From Obrimoposthia wandeli (lineage: Eukaryota), in NCBI GenBank assembly GCA_977020255.1, contig CDROCS010004540.1, positions 1 to 64,000 on the forward strand: a stretch of 64,000 nucleotides of DNA, given 5' to 3'. The number at the start of each line of letters is the position of its first letter. Position 1 is the stretch's first letter. Under the pieces are notes generated by a model. The model ran no database searches. It worked only from the letters and a program-made list of their open reading frames with translations, and was not told the DNA's origin. This document shows positions 28,645-38,595 of the stretch, in pieces. The translations under genes were made by a program, and so were the position numbers.

Positions 28645-29298
28645 TTAAACTAAGCCAATTTCAGGCATCGGTTGAAAAGTTAAAAACTCAGCGTAGGCTT
28701 GAGTCGCTTGTATTACGTTATTCGCCAGCATGTCGATTTCTAACAAGACATTCGACAATAATGAAGAGGCGCTTAAAGCCCCAAACATATGATAAACCGA
28801 GTCACCATTCGTCATCGTATCTAAACTGATGGTTGAAAGTGGAAAGTACTTATGGGTACGTAGCACAGCATCATTAAATCCTGCCACATCCGATACCGCA
28901 TCGACTGGCCACAATACCGATTCAACAATTATTTGCTCGCCGACAACCGTTAGAAATACAGGTAAGTCGCCAAAAGCTTTCATCTCGATGAAAAGTGAAG
29001 CATCGATACCATCAATTAATTCTATCGTTGCCTGATTCGTCGAAAATAGTGGTTCTTGTTCTAGTGCTGCCTTTAAGCTCTGGCTTGTCCATAGCTCTGA
29101 CATTGCATGTGAGTTTGTCATGACAAAATCTCCGTCTCTTATCGTTTCAACCAAGTTGGGTTCACGTAGTGTTTTTTCCGCCTGAGTCAGCAACCGTGCG
29201 TTCTCTGGACGAATCCAAACTTCCTTCTTCACCAGCCCCTGCTCTCTCAAGCGGCGGCGGAATTCTCTTTGATAGTGTGCTGATGTTTTTTGTGTCAT
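28645..29298 (-). CDS. YjfI/DUF2170 family protein with a basic N-terminal extension
   Basis: C-terminal core (FGDLPVFLTV..QIIVESVLW..KYFPLSTI..MFGALS) is YjfI-like. The first ~59 aa are Arg-rich (YQREFRRRLREQGLVKKEVWIRPE). Confidence 0.75.
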   Translation of the reverse strand: MTQKTSAHYQREFRRRLREQGLVKKEVWIRPENARLLTQAEKTLREPNLVETIRDGDFVMTNSHAMSELWTSQSLKAALEQEPLFSTNQATIELIDGIDASLFIEMKAFGDLPVFLTVVGEQIIVESVLWPVDAVSDVAGFNDAVLRTHKYFPLSTISLDTMTNGDSVYHMFGALSASSLLSNVLLEIDMLANNVIQATQAYAEFLTFQPMPEIGLV

Positions 29299-29303
29299 GA
29301 CTA

Positions 29304-29332
29304 AACATACCTATTACATGTAATGCCGTCAA
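29304..29332 (-). promoter_or_regulatory. Sigma70-like promoter TTGACG-N17-TATGTT
   Basis: -35 at 29332-29327 and -10 at 29309-29304. The ATG begins 6 nt after the -10. Confidence 0.6.
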
Positions 29333-29368
29333 GCATTACATGTAATATAATTCCGTATTACATGTAAC
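29313..29368. promoter_or_regulatory. Three palindromic operator-like sites ATTACATGTAA(T/C) at 22-bp period
   Basis: Copies start at 29313, 29335 and 29357. An extra half-site ATGTAAC lies at 29375-29381. Confidence 0.75.
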
Positions 29369-29533
29369 AAATAAATGTAACTTAACCCTTGCTGCTCCAC
29401 GCCTCAACATCCTAGAGTGAAGTGCTAAAAGGAACAACTTGGAATGTTTAAAAAAGAGAACTGGGGAACGTATAAATAAGAGGGCAACAGCGTAGCGAAA
29501 AAACACCAAGGAAAAAGACGAGAAGAACTCGCC

Positions 29534-31351
29534 TTATGAGTTACTGATCCAGAGTGTTTGATAAGGCAGCAGCGGCACTAGCATATCTTGGCGGGTCATT
29601 TCCTTACCAGAAATAAGATCATGCCAGTCATCCGTGCTGACCAAGTTAATATCCGATAACATAAACTGCTGCGCTAAATCACTGATATTACTAATACAGA
29701 AAATACTCTGCTTTCTATCGTGAGACTGACGCCAATAAGCGAAAATAGAATCCCCTAGATGCAGCGTAAATTGCGGCGCATTCGGGTGAAACGCTTTTTG
29801 CTGCTGTCGAATGGCTAATAATCGCTTTAACTCTGTGAATACTTTTTTGTGATGGCCTTTCTCTTCAGCCAGCTCATCATCAACCTGTTCGCTATTAAAC
29901 GGTTCACTGTCGGCTAAAAGCACTTCCAATTCATCGTATTGCCACTGGTGTCGATTTATCGAGCGATTGTGACCCGTATTTTCCATCCGCTGATAATCAT
30001 TGCGCGTCGCTAACAAGCTATGAACATAGATACCAGGAATACCTTCTAGACCCAGCATAATGGCATGGGCGCAGACAAAGCGGTCGATGCCCAGTTCGTC
30101 CTTGCCTTTTAACGTGCCTTGCAGCGCATCAAATAACGAGATATTCACTTCATAAGGCTTTTGAACCGCTTCGCCTTTCTCGTTTTCTAACGCGCGCCAA
30201 GAAATTCGGCCGCCAAAGTTTTGCAAGGTATCGACCAGAACTTGGGTTTCATCGTCTGCCAATATCCCCTCGACCGGTCTTAGCCCCATCCCATCATGGG
30301 AGGCAATAAAATTAAAATACGTGGTGCCTAATTGAGCTGGGGGCATGCTCATTAACCAAAGCTTTAAATGATGGCTATTGCCTGTGATCAAGGTATTGAT
30401 TAATAACGGGGGTAAAGCAAAGTTATACACGCAGTGTGCTTCGTTGGCATTGCCAAAATACGATAGATTTTCGCGATTGGGAATATTGGTTTCGGTGATA
30501 ATGACAGCATCGCGCTGTGCATGCTCAATTAATAACCTTAATAAGCGTACTACGTTATGTGTTTCTTCAAGATTAATACTGGGCGAGTCGATTTTCTTCC
30601 ATAAAAAAGCAATCGCATCGAGGCGAAAAATGCGTACGCCCATATCCAAGTATTGGCGGATAATTTTCACAAATTGTAATAAAACTTCAGGATTTCTAAA
30701 ATCTAAATCAACCTGATCATGGCTAAAAGTACACCAGACATATTGCAGCCCTTTATTCGTTTGAGTCTCTCTTAATAGCGGACTGGTTCTTGGCCTGACC
30801 ACCTGGGTTAAGTCAGCCTCTAATGACTCGGTATAAAAGTAGTCATGACCTGGCCCTTCGCCTTTGATAAAGTTTTGAAACCATAAACTGCGACTTGAAC
30901 AATGGTTAATAACTAGATCAGCCATCAAACGATAGTCTTGGCTTATGCTTTCAATATCTCCCCAATCTCCCAGTGATTCATTCACACTGGAAAAATCCAT
31001 GACTGAAAAACCATCGTCAGAACTGAAAGGGAAAAAAGGCAGAATATGCACGCTGTTAATTAAGCCCTCGCAATACTCATCTAAAAAATGCTTTAAGGTA
31101 ATGAGTGGTTTTTCTTTATCAGATAAAAAACTATCGCCATAAGTGATCATCACGGTAGTCGATTGATCCCACAAATCACTCGGGCGCACCTGGTCGTGAG
31201 AGGCGGCTTGATGGCTCGCACTCTCTAATCTCATTTCTTTTAAAAGTGTTTCGGTAAGCACTTCAAACGGTACGTTAATCTCCGTTTCATGATAGATCAT
31301 TTCTAATAAGTGCTGGCTGCGCTGTAATAATGCGGAATCAAATAAACTCAT
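29534..31351 (-). CDS. GH13_18 sugar phosphorylase, probably glucosylglycerate phosphorylase
   Basis: [18 protein letters not shown] nucleophile, ITETN, ASHDG, and a KPYEVN loop. In operon with GpgS/GpgP. Confidence 0.8.
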   Translation of the reverse strand: MSLFDSALLQRSQHLLEMIYHETEINVPFEVLTETLLKEMRLESASHQAASHDQVRPSDLWDQSTTVMITYGDSFLSDKEKPLITLKHFLDEYCEGLINSVHILPFFPFSSDDGFSVMDFSSVNESLGDWGDIESISQDYRLMADLVINHCSSRSLWFQNFIKGEGPGHDYFYTESLEADLTQVVRPRTSPLLRETQTNKGLQYVWCTFSHDQVDLDFRNPEVLLQFVKIIRQYLDMGVRIFRLDAIAFLWKKIDSPSINLEETHNVVRLLRLLIEHAQRDAVIITETNIPNRENLSYFGNANEAHCVYNFALPPLLINTLITGNSHHLKLWLMSMPPAQLGTTYFNFIASHDGMGLRPVEGILADDETQVLVDTLQNFGGRISWRALENEKGEAVQKPYEVNISLFDALQGTLKGKDELGIDRFVCAHAIMLGLEGIPGIYVHSLLATRNDYQRMENTGHNRSINRHQWQYDELEVLLADSEPFNSEQVDDELAEEKGHHKKVFTELKRLLAIRQQQKAFHPNAPQFTLHLGDSIFAYWRQSHDRKQSIFCISNISDLAQQFMLSDINLVSTDDWHDLISGKEMTRQDMLVPLLPYQTLWISNS

Positions 31352-32574
31352 CGCGACATAAACTCCTTATTATCTTCTTCTACGGCCTCATATAAACGTT
31401 CTAGAATATCGGGTTTAGCACTGATAACTCGGTTCCAGCTTGGGATAAAAGGTGTTTCCATTGGCTTATCTAAAAAGGCTTCCCCTGCTTTCATTATGTT
31501 TTGTGCAAACAGTTCAACTGCTTTTTCTTCTGCATGAATATCTAGGGTTAAACCATTCATAACGGCATCGTTGTGATAGGTTTCAATAAAATCTAAGGCT
31601 ATGCGAAAGTAGGTGGCTTTAATCGAGCGGAATGTCTCGGTATTAAAGGTTTTGCCATGAGTGGCGAGCTTTCTAAATAAGGCTTTGGAAATATCAATCG
31701 ACATTTTCGATAAGCCGCCTTCATCATTATCTGGTGATAAGTCTTGATGCTTGTGATCGTAGACATCGGCAATATCGACCTGACATAGGCGATTATTGGC
31801 ATAGTTTCTATGCATCTCCGATAAGACGCCAATCTCTAATCCCCAATCACTGGGAATGCGAATATCATTTAATACATCTTTACGGAACGAAAACTCACCC
31901 GCTAGCGGGTAACGAAAACTGTCCATAAACTGCAAGTATTCCATTTCGCCAAATACTTTTTTTAAGGCTCTTAATAACGGCGTCACCAATAAGCGACTAA
32001 CACGACCATTAATTTTACCATCGGCTACGCGGGCATAAAACCCTTTACAGAATTCATAATTGAAGCGTGGATTAGCGACGGGGTAAATTAAGCGCGCCAA
32101 TAGTTCCCTATCATAAGTAACAATGTCGCAGTCATGCAAAGCAACGGATTCAGAGCGATTAGACGCTAGGGTATAACCCATGCAATACCAAACGTTACGT
32201 CCTTTTCCTAATTCTTTAGGGGCTAGATTTAACGCTTGTAATTCAGCATCTAGCGCTTGTAATCTTGGGCCTTCGTTCCACAAAACTCGATGATGCTGTG
32301 GCAACTTACCAAAGAATTTTAAGGCATGACGATACTGCTCTTCATCAGCACGATCTAAACCAATTACAATTTCACTCAGATAATCTGCACCTTCCAAATG
32401 CTTAACAATATTAGGCAGCGCATCACCTTCTAGCTCTGAAAACAATGAGGGTAAAATCAACGACATTGGACGTTTTTTACTAAACTCCCGAAGTTCAGCT
32501 TCTATATCTTCAACAGGTCGATGCGCTAAGTTGTGTAACGTGGTCACTATGCCATTTTGATAAAAGTCAGCCAT
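31348..32574 (-). CDS. gpgS: Glucosyl-3-phosphoglycerate synthase (GT-A glycosyltransferase)
   Basis: [45 protein letters not shown]. Confidence 0.82.
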   Translation of the reverse strand: MADFYQNGIVTTLHNLAHRPVEDIEAELREFSKKRPMSLILPSLFSELEGDALPNIVKHLEGADYLSEIVIGLDRADEEQYRHALKFFGKLPQHHRVLWNEGPRLQALDAELQALNLAPKELGKGRNVWYCMGYTLASNRSESVALHDCDIVTYDRELLARLIYPVANPRFNYEFCKGFYARVADGKINGRVSRLLVTPLLRALKKVFGEMEYLQFMDSFRYPLAGEFSFRKDVLNDIRIPSDWGLEIGVLSEMHRNYANNRLCQVDIADVYDHKHQDLSPDNDEGGLSKMSIDISKALFRKLATHGKTFNTETFRSIKATYFRIALDFIETYHNDAVMNGLTLDIHAEEKAVELFAQNIMKAGEAFLDKPMETPFIPSWNRVISAKPDILERLYEAVEEDNKEFMSR

Positions 32575-32610
32575 GATATTTCCTTCTTTTTTATATTCAA
32601 TAAATGTGAT

Positions 32611-33432
32611 TTATAAAATACTGCGTAAACCTGAGTTCCAGCCTCTAGGTCCAAATTCTTCTGATATGAAAAAGCCACTCGATCTTTTTAACGTTGGGGG
32701 TTCATGTGCAGGAGAGCGAATAATCAGCGCAAGGTCAGCCTGTTCTAACATCGCGATGTCATTGCCACTGTCACCAATAGCAATGGTTTTAACGCTTGGC
32801 AGGTCTCGTTGTTTTTTATACTCAGCCGCTAACCAGACAAGAGCCTGACCTTTATTACACGCGCCGCTTAAATGTAGAAAACGCCCACCTTGTAATACAT
32901 GACCACCTTGAGCCTCTAACCACTGAACAAACTCTTGCTTGGTTTTATCTACACCTAACCATGAAATGGGTTCACCAAATTCTCTTTGATTAGCGTATTG
33001 AGCTTGCTGAAGAGATAATCCTGTTAGCTGCGCAATAGCTTCTTCTTTCATTGCTGAGAAATGGCTAAAGCTGTGCGGGAAAACGGTCTTAGCGTTATCG
33101 AGTATCGATAACCAATGATCTCTTGGCTGGCAAAAGCTGAATACCCAAAATCCACCAGCCTCAACACAACCTTCAGGCTTAATAGGGAAATATCCTTGAG
33201 GAATAAAAACAGCGGCACCATTTTCAATAATAAAAGGATGCCGATTATTTATTTCGATCCGAATGGATAAAACTTCCGCACGGGTTTTACTCGTCGTCAA
33301 AATAACTGGAATTTGATCCTGTTCTAACTCCTGCAGTAAGGCATCAGCGGCTTTATGATTGTAATCATCGTGATCTAATAACGAACCATCTAGGTCAGTA
33401 AAAATAATCCATTCCTTCATTATTTCAGTCAT
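32611..33432 (-). CDS. HAD-IIB glucosyl/mannosyl-3-phosphoglycerate phosphatase (GpgP/MpgP-like)
   Basis: TDLDGSLLD, TSKTRAE, ENGAAVF, REFGEP, GGRFLH, GDSGND. Confidence 0.88.
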   Translation of the reverse strand: MTEIMKEWIIFTDLDGSLLDHDDYNHKAADALLQELEQDQIPVILTTSKTRAEVLSIRIEINNRHPFIIENGAAVFIPQGYFPIKPEGCVEAGGFWVFSFCQPRDHWLSILDNAKTVFPHSFSHFSAMKEEAIAQLTGLSLQQAQYANQREFGEPISWLGVDKTKQEFVQWLEAQGGHVLQGGRFLHLSGACNKGQALVWLAAEYKKQRDLPSVKTIAIGDSGNDIAMLEQADLALIIRSPAHEPPTLKRSSGFFISEEFGPRGWNSGLRSIL

Positions 33433-33434
33433 TA

Positions 33435-34397
33435 CTACAGTCCTTTTAATGTCACATCATGCTGACCAAAACGAGGATCATCCGGCAAAGGATTTGGGGC
33501 TTGGTAAGCGACAACCTGACGCTTATTATTGAGTTGAAATAAGTGCTGACAATTTTGTGGAAGGTATTTCAAACTATGACGAGTAAGCCGCTCATAATGT
33601 TGAATAAACTGTTTAATTTCTTCTGCGGGCATAATGTGATTATTGTTAGACCCTGCGATTAAGCTTTGTTCTTTTAGAGCTTCCCCTTGCGCTAACGTCT
33701 GTTCTTGCTCTAGACGCCATTGATAGACGCAACTGAAGCTCGGCGCTTGCAGCATAATTAAACGATCAAGCAGCTGCCATAACTCAGGATAATTAGTGAC
33801 TAGTTGCTGATTAATATAACTGCGCCACTCCCCCTTGGGGTCTTGCAAAGATTCCAACGCATTAATCGGTTCCAGTAAGGCTTCTTCTACTTCCGCCGTT
33901 ATGCCCACACACCAGCCTTCCAGAATGATGATATCAAGCGGAGTTTCAACTTGGGGCCACTCTTCTATGGGTAAGCGATCGTCCTGAGCCTTATTGAATT
34001 TAGGCACCTTAACTTCACCACTGTCTTGGGATAGCTGCTGCAAGGTTTCCAGTGCCAGCTCTAAATCATGCGTACCAGGCACTCCGCGTGTAGAAAATAG
34101 TGGGTGTACATCGGTTGCGAGTTGCTGTCTTTGTTTGCGGGTCAAATAGAAATCATCAATAGAGATGGCAATAGACCTCAACCCCCTCGCTTGCAAGCAG
34201 GTGCATAAATAATCGGCAAGGGTTGTTTTGCCTGATCCTTGGCAGCCATTAATACCAACCACCAATGTTCGCCCTGCACCATTATGGTGCTCAATTAAGG
34301 TTTCAACGATAGGGTCAAACCAAATTGATGCTTGCTGTAAATAATGTTCGGGTAAGCTGTTCCTTGTGATAAATCCACGTATTGCGCCCATAAGCAC
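33435..34397 (-). CDS. Plant-type D-glycerate 3-kinase-like P-loop kinase
   Basis: GCQGSGKTT, SIDDFYLT, RGVPGTHD, PKFNKA.DDR, LEGWC, WRLEQE, HYERLT. Confidence 0.78.
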   Translation of the reverse strand: MLMGAIRGFITRNSLPEHYLQQASIWFDPIVETLIEHHNGAGRTLVVGINGCQGSGKTTLADYLCTCLQARGLRSIAISIDDFYLTRKQRQQLATDVHPLFSTRGVPGTHDLELALETLQQLSQDSGEVKVPKFNKAQDDRLPIEEWPQVETPLDIIILEGWCVGITAEVEEALLEPINALESLQDPKGEWRSYINQQLVTNYPELWQLLDRLIMLQAPSFSCVYQWRLEQEQTLAQGEALKEQSLIAGSNNNHIMPAEEIKQFIQHYERLTRHSLKYLPQNCQHLFQLNNKRQVVAYQAPNPLPDDPRFGQHDVTLKGL

Positions 34398-34533
34398 CTC
34401 AAAACCATAATTTATTATTGCGTTATGAGGTGTTAGAGCAGGATCCGTACCCTTTTTATGATTTTGGCTAAATAACGTTAAAGTTAACTAAAACAGCAGC
34501 AATTATCGCTAGCATCTAGGCCGGAAGACTTCG

Positions 34534-34606
34534 CTGTCATAAATATGCAATCATTTTGCAATATTTCCAGCACTGTAATATTTCTGTAACATTGATTCTC
34601 CATAAT
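34534..34606 (+). promoter_or_regulatory. PHO boxes and -10 of the pstS promoter
   Basis: CTGTCATAAATATGCAAT (34534-51) and CTGTAATATTTCTGTAAC (34573-90), then 10 nt, then CATAAT (34601-06). Confidence 0.8.
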
Positions 34607-34696
34607 TCTCATCACTGAATAAGCATTCGAAAAAATACGTTTCACCTAGCGCTCTAACCAAGAATGTCTAGGTAAAGATGACCATTAAAATAGGAA

Positions 34697-35746
34697 ATGA
34701 TGATGAAAAAATTATTAGCTCTAAGTGCTGCTCTTACCGCATCTGCAATCAGCATGTCAGCCCATGCTGAACGTGACTACATCAGCATTGTAGGTTCTTC
34801 TACGGTTTATCCATTCTCAACAGTGGTTGCAGAACGTTTCGGTAAGTCGACTAAATTCTCAACGCCTAAGGTTGAATCTACCGGTTCTGGCGGTGGTTTA
34901 AAGTTGTTCTGTTCAGGCGTAGGTAGCGCTACTCCAGACATCACCAATGCTTCTCGTGCAATTAAAAGCTCAGAAGTTGAGCTTTGCGCTCAAAACGGCA
35001 TTAAAGACATCATCGAAATCACCGTAGGCTATGACGGTATCGTTCTAGCAAATACTACGGCTTCTAAGCAAATCTCTTTAAGCCGTCGTGAAATTTTCCT
35101 AGCCTTAGCCAAGAATATCCCTAACCCAGATGGCAGCGAAACACTGGTTGATAACCCATACACCACATGGAATGAGATCAACTCAACACTTCCAACCACT
35201 AAAATTGAAGTATTAGGTCCACCACCAACGTCAGGTACTCGTGATGCATTCGCTGAATTAGCACTTGAAGGTGGTTGCAAAACATTCCCTTTCATCAAAG
35301 CAATGAAGAAGCAGGATAAGAACAAATATAAAGCAGTCTGCCACGCAGTACGTGAAGATGGCGCTTATGTAGAAGCCGGTGAAAACGATAACCTTATCGT
35401 ACAAAAGCTAGTGGCTAACCCAACTGCACTGGGCGTATTTGGCTACAGCTTCTTAGAGCAAAACTCCGATAAGGTTCAAGGTTCAGTTATTAATGGTAAA
35501 CTGCCTACCTTCGATGCTATCGCTGAAGGTGATTACCCGGTAAGCCGCTCTTTATTCTTTTATGTTAAGAAAGCTCACATTGGTGTTATCCCAGGTATCG
35601 AAGAATACTTAGCGGAATTCACTTCAGAGAAAGCCATGGGCGAATACGGCTACCTAGCGGAGAAAGGTATGATCCCAATGACTGACGAAGAGCGTGCTAA
35701 AGTACTGAGCACAGTAAAGAATTTAACGACTTTAGCTAAGAAATAA
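34697..35746 (+). CDS. pstS: Phosphate ABC transporter substrate-binding protein
   Basis: Signal peptide, GSSTVYPF, STGSGGG, SGTRDAF, YPVSRSLFFYVK. Confidence 0.95.
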   Translation: MMMKKLLALSAALTASAISMSAHAERDYISIVGSSTVYPFSTVVAERFGKSTKFSTPKVESTGSGGGLKLFCSGVGSATPDITNASRAIKSSEVELCAQNGIKDIIEITVGYDGIVLANTTASKQISLSRREIFLALAKNIPNPDGSETLVDNPYTTWNEINSTLPTTKIEVLGPPPTSGTRDAFAELALEGGCKTFPFIKAMKKQDKNKYKAVCHAVREDGAYVEAGENDNLIVQKLVANPTALGVFGYSFLEQNSDKVQGSVINGKLPTFDAIAEGDYPVSRSLFFYVKKAHIGVIPGIEEYLAEFTSEKAMGEYGYLAEKGMIPMTDEERAKVLSTVKNLTTLAKK

Positions 35747-35771
35747 GCCGAGTCAGAAGTAATACCGATCG

Positions 35772-35812
35772 CCGGGGCCTATTCTCACTATCAGAATAAG
35801 TCTCGGCTTTTT
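35772..35812 (+). terminator. Stem-loop plus U-tract between pstS and pstC
   Basis: CCGGGGCCTATTCT-N7-AGAATAAGTCTCGG (with G-U pairs) followed by CTTTTT. Confidence 0.55.
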
Positions 35813-35867
35813 CGTATTAAAAAACTTAAACCTACTGAAACTAAAACTACGGGTAAACAATCAAGAT

Positions 35868-37241
35868 ATGAACTTTAGTAGCCTGCTCATCATCGTCATT
35901 ATTGTTCTCGGAGGTGCCTACTTTTTAGGCCGAAACCGTGCTCGAACAATATCCAATGAAGGCGTGCGAATGCACTCCTTACCTGACCACTACGGCACAT
36001 TAATGGCCTTATGGACCGGTGTCCCTGCACTTATTTTATTATTGTCTTGGCATGTATTAGAAGGCCCAGTCATTAATCACCTATTAATAGCTCAATTACC
36101 GATAGAGATTCAAACAGCTGATCATGCCACCATTCAACTCACGATCAGTAAAGTTCAAAATCTAGCATCAGGCTCTGGCCTTGCCCCAGACCCTAGTTTA
36201 ATGCCCGCCGTTAATCATCTAGCCGCGTTAAACGAACGTACTTCTATATTAAATTCTGGCATTGCGTTAAGCCTATGCCTAATCTGTTTTGTCATTACTT
36301 ACCGCCGCATTAAGCCTGCATTACGCGCTCGTACTGAAATGGAAAACATTGTTAACCTATTATTATTATCCAGTTCTGGTATCGCCGTTCTCACAACAGT
36401 CGGCATTTTGGCCAGTGTGGCATTTGAAGCGTGGATGTTCTTTCAGCAAGTTAACCCATTAGACTTTTTATTCGGCACTACTTGGTCTCCGCAGGTTGCC
36501 TTGCGCGCAGACCAAGCGGGTTCTTCTGGTAGCTTTGGCGCGATACCGTTATTTGCGGGTACGTTATTAATTTCATCCATCGCGATGATTATTGCGATCC
36601 CCATCGGATTGATGGCCGCCATTTACTTGTCTGAATACGCGACGGAAAATGTACGCCAATACGCAAAACCTGCCTTAGAAGTCTTGGCCGGTATTCCAAC
36701 CGTTGTGTACGGCTTCTTTGCAGCTTTAACTGTTGCACCTTTTATCCGCATGCTGGGTACTGACTTGGGCTTAGAAGTTTCCTCCGAAAGCGCACTCGCC
36801 GCTGGCTTGGTGATGGGCGTAATGATTATTCCCTTCGTATCCTCTTTATCCGATGACGTTATCAACGCCGTGCCACAGTCTCTGCGCGATGGCAGCTATG
36901 GTCTTGGTGCAACTAAAAATGAAACAATTCGTCAGGTCGTTATTCCAGCCGCATTGCCCGGTATTGTTGGTGCAGTGATGCTAGCGGTTTCCCGTGCGAT
37001 TGGTGAGACTATGATTGTAGCGATGGCCGCGGGTCTAGCCGCCAACTTAACGGCAAACCCATTAGATAGTGTAACGACAGTAACAGTGCAAATCGTAACC
37101 CTACTGGTAGGCGACCAAGAGTTTGATTCTCCTAAGACTTTGGCGGCATTTGCATTAGGTTTAGTGCTCTTCTTATCCACATTAATATTGAACTTCGTCG
37201 CATTGAAGATCGTACAGAAATATCGAGAGCAATATGATTGA
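35868..37241 (+). CDS. pstC: Phosphate ABC transporter permease
   Basis: GAIPLFAGT, AIYLSEYA, LAGIPTVVYG, RAIGETMIV. Confidence 0.95.
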   Translation: MNFSSLLIIVIIVLGGAYFLGRNRARTISNEGVRMHSLPDHYGTLMALWTGVPALILLLSWHVLEGPVINHLLIAQLPIEIQTADHATIQLTISKVQNLASGSGLAPDPSLMPAVNHLAALNERTSILNSGIALSLCLICFVITYRRIKPALRARTEMENIVNLLLLSSSGIAVLTTVGILASVAFEAWMFFQQVNPLDFLFGTTWSPQVALRADQAGSSGSFGAIPLFAGTLLISSIAMIIAIPIGLMAAIYLSEYATENVRQYAKPALEVLAGIPTVVYGFFAALTVAPFIRMLGTDLGLEVSSESALAAGLVMGVMIIPFVSSLSDDVINAVPQSLRDGSYGLGATKNETIRQVVIPAALPGIVGAVMLAVSRAIGETMIVAMAAGLAANLTANPLDSVTTVTVQIVTLLVGDQEFDSPKTLAAFALGLVLFLSTLILNFVALKIVQKYREQYD

Positions 37242-38544
37242 TTCTTCGAATACAACTATGACTACAAAAGCCTTAACAACCCGCGAAAAGGTTGAAAAAA
37301 GTTTAGCGCGTCGCCGTGCTGCAGAAACTCGCTTTCGTTTATACGGCATGGCGTCTGTTTTCTTCGGTATGTTATGTCTAGTGGTTTTATTTACCGACAT
37401 TGCCAGCAAAGGTACTTCGGCATTTACACAAACTAGCTTAACCACAGAAATTTTATTAGACAGTAGCTACCTAAATCTAACAAAAGACAGCACGGTCGAA
37501 GATATCCGTTTTGCTAACTTCTCAGGTTTAATCAAGCGTCACTTTGCAAAAACACTAAAGCCCAAAGGTCGCAGTGAAAAACGCGAGTTGTTTAAGTTGA
37601 TTAGTGCAGGGGCGGCTTGGCAATTACAAGACTTACTCTTAGCCAATCCCACGGCGATTGATACGACAATTAGTATCGAACTATTAATGGACGATGATGT
37701 AGACCAATGGTTTAAGCACGACCGTAATCTAACAAAAGATGAAATTAATAACCGCCTTTCAGAACAGCAGTTAGTCTGGCTAAACAGCTGGATTGAGGCG
37801 GATCGTTTAGACACTCATTTTAATACCTTGTTCTTCACCAACGGTGATTCTCGTGAGCCAGAACTCGCGGGTATTCACGGGGCTATTAAGGGTACCTTAT
37901 TAACCCTAATGGTAACGCTTATACTGTCTTTCCCAATTGGTGTTTCGGCGGCGATTTATTTAGAAGAATTTGCCCCGCGTAATCGCATGACGGAAATTGT
38001 CGAGATCAATATTAATAACTTGGCAGCAGTACCTTCTATTATCTTTGGTTTATTAGGTATGGCGATTTTCATTAATATTTTTGGTGTCTCACGCTCAACG
38101 CCTTTATTAGGGGGCTTGGTTTTAACCCTAATGACATTACCGACTATTATCATTTCAGCTCGTGCCGCTATTAAAGCCGTGCCACCTTCGATTCGCGAAG
38201 CAGCTTATGGTTTAGGCGCATCAAAAAATCAGGTGGTTTTCCATCACGTATTACCACTTGCCATGCCAGGTATGCTTACCGGTACTATTTTGGGCATGGC
38301 ACAAGCATTAGGTGAAACCGCACCACTATTAATGATTGGTATGGTGGCCTTCGTGGTGGATGTTCCGGGGTTTATTAATGACCCTTCAACGGTTTTACCC
38401 GTACAAATTTTCTTATGGTCTGATAGCCCAGAACGCGCCTTTTTAGAGCGTACGTCCGGCGCTATCTTAGTTTTATTATCATTTTTAGTGCTGATGAATA
38501 CCACAGCCGTCATTCTGCGTCGTCGCTTAGAGCGTCGCTGGTAG
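37234..38544 (+). CDS. pstA: Phosphate ABC transporter permease
   Basis: AIYLEEFA, NLAAVPSIIFG, VPPSIREAA, ALGETAPL. Confidence 0.95.
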   Translation: MIDSSNTTMTTKALTTREKVEKSLARRRAAETRFRLYGMASVFFGMLCLVVLFTDIASKGTSAFTQTSLTTEILLDSSYLNLTKDSTVEDIRFANFSGLIKRHFAKTLKPKGRSEKRELFKLISAGAAWQLQDLLLANPTAIDTTISIELLMDDDVDQWFKHDRNLTKDEINNRLSEQQLVWLNSWIEADRLDTHFNTLFFTNGDSREPELAGIHGAIKGTLLTLMVTLILSFPIGVSAAIYLEEFAPRNRMTEIVEININNLAAVPSIIFGLLGMAIFINIFGVSRSTPLLGGLVLTLMTLPTIIISARAAIKAVPPSIREAAYGLGASKNQVVFHHVLPLAMPGMLTGTILGMAQALGETAPLLMIGMVAFVVDVPGFINDPSTVLPVQIFLWSDSPERAFLERTSGAILVLLSFLVLMNTTAVILRRRLERRW

Positions 38545-38595
38545 CCTAAGCGAAATGATGTACTGAAAAGAAAGAATTGAAAGCGAGAATTGAAC

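Noticed and set aside
29313-29368. Regularly spaced palindromic repeats as a mini-CRISPR array
   Set aside because: Repeats of 12 bp and spacers of 10 bp are far too short, and there are no cas genes. The position over a promoter fits operators.
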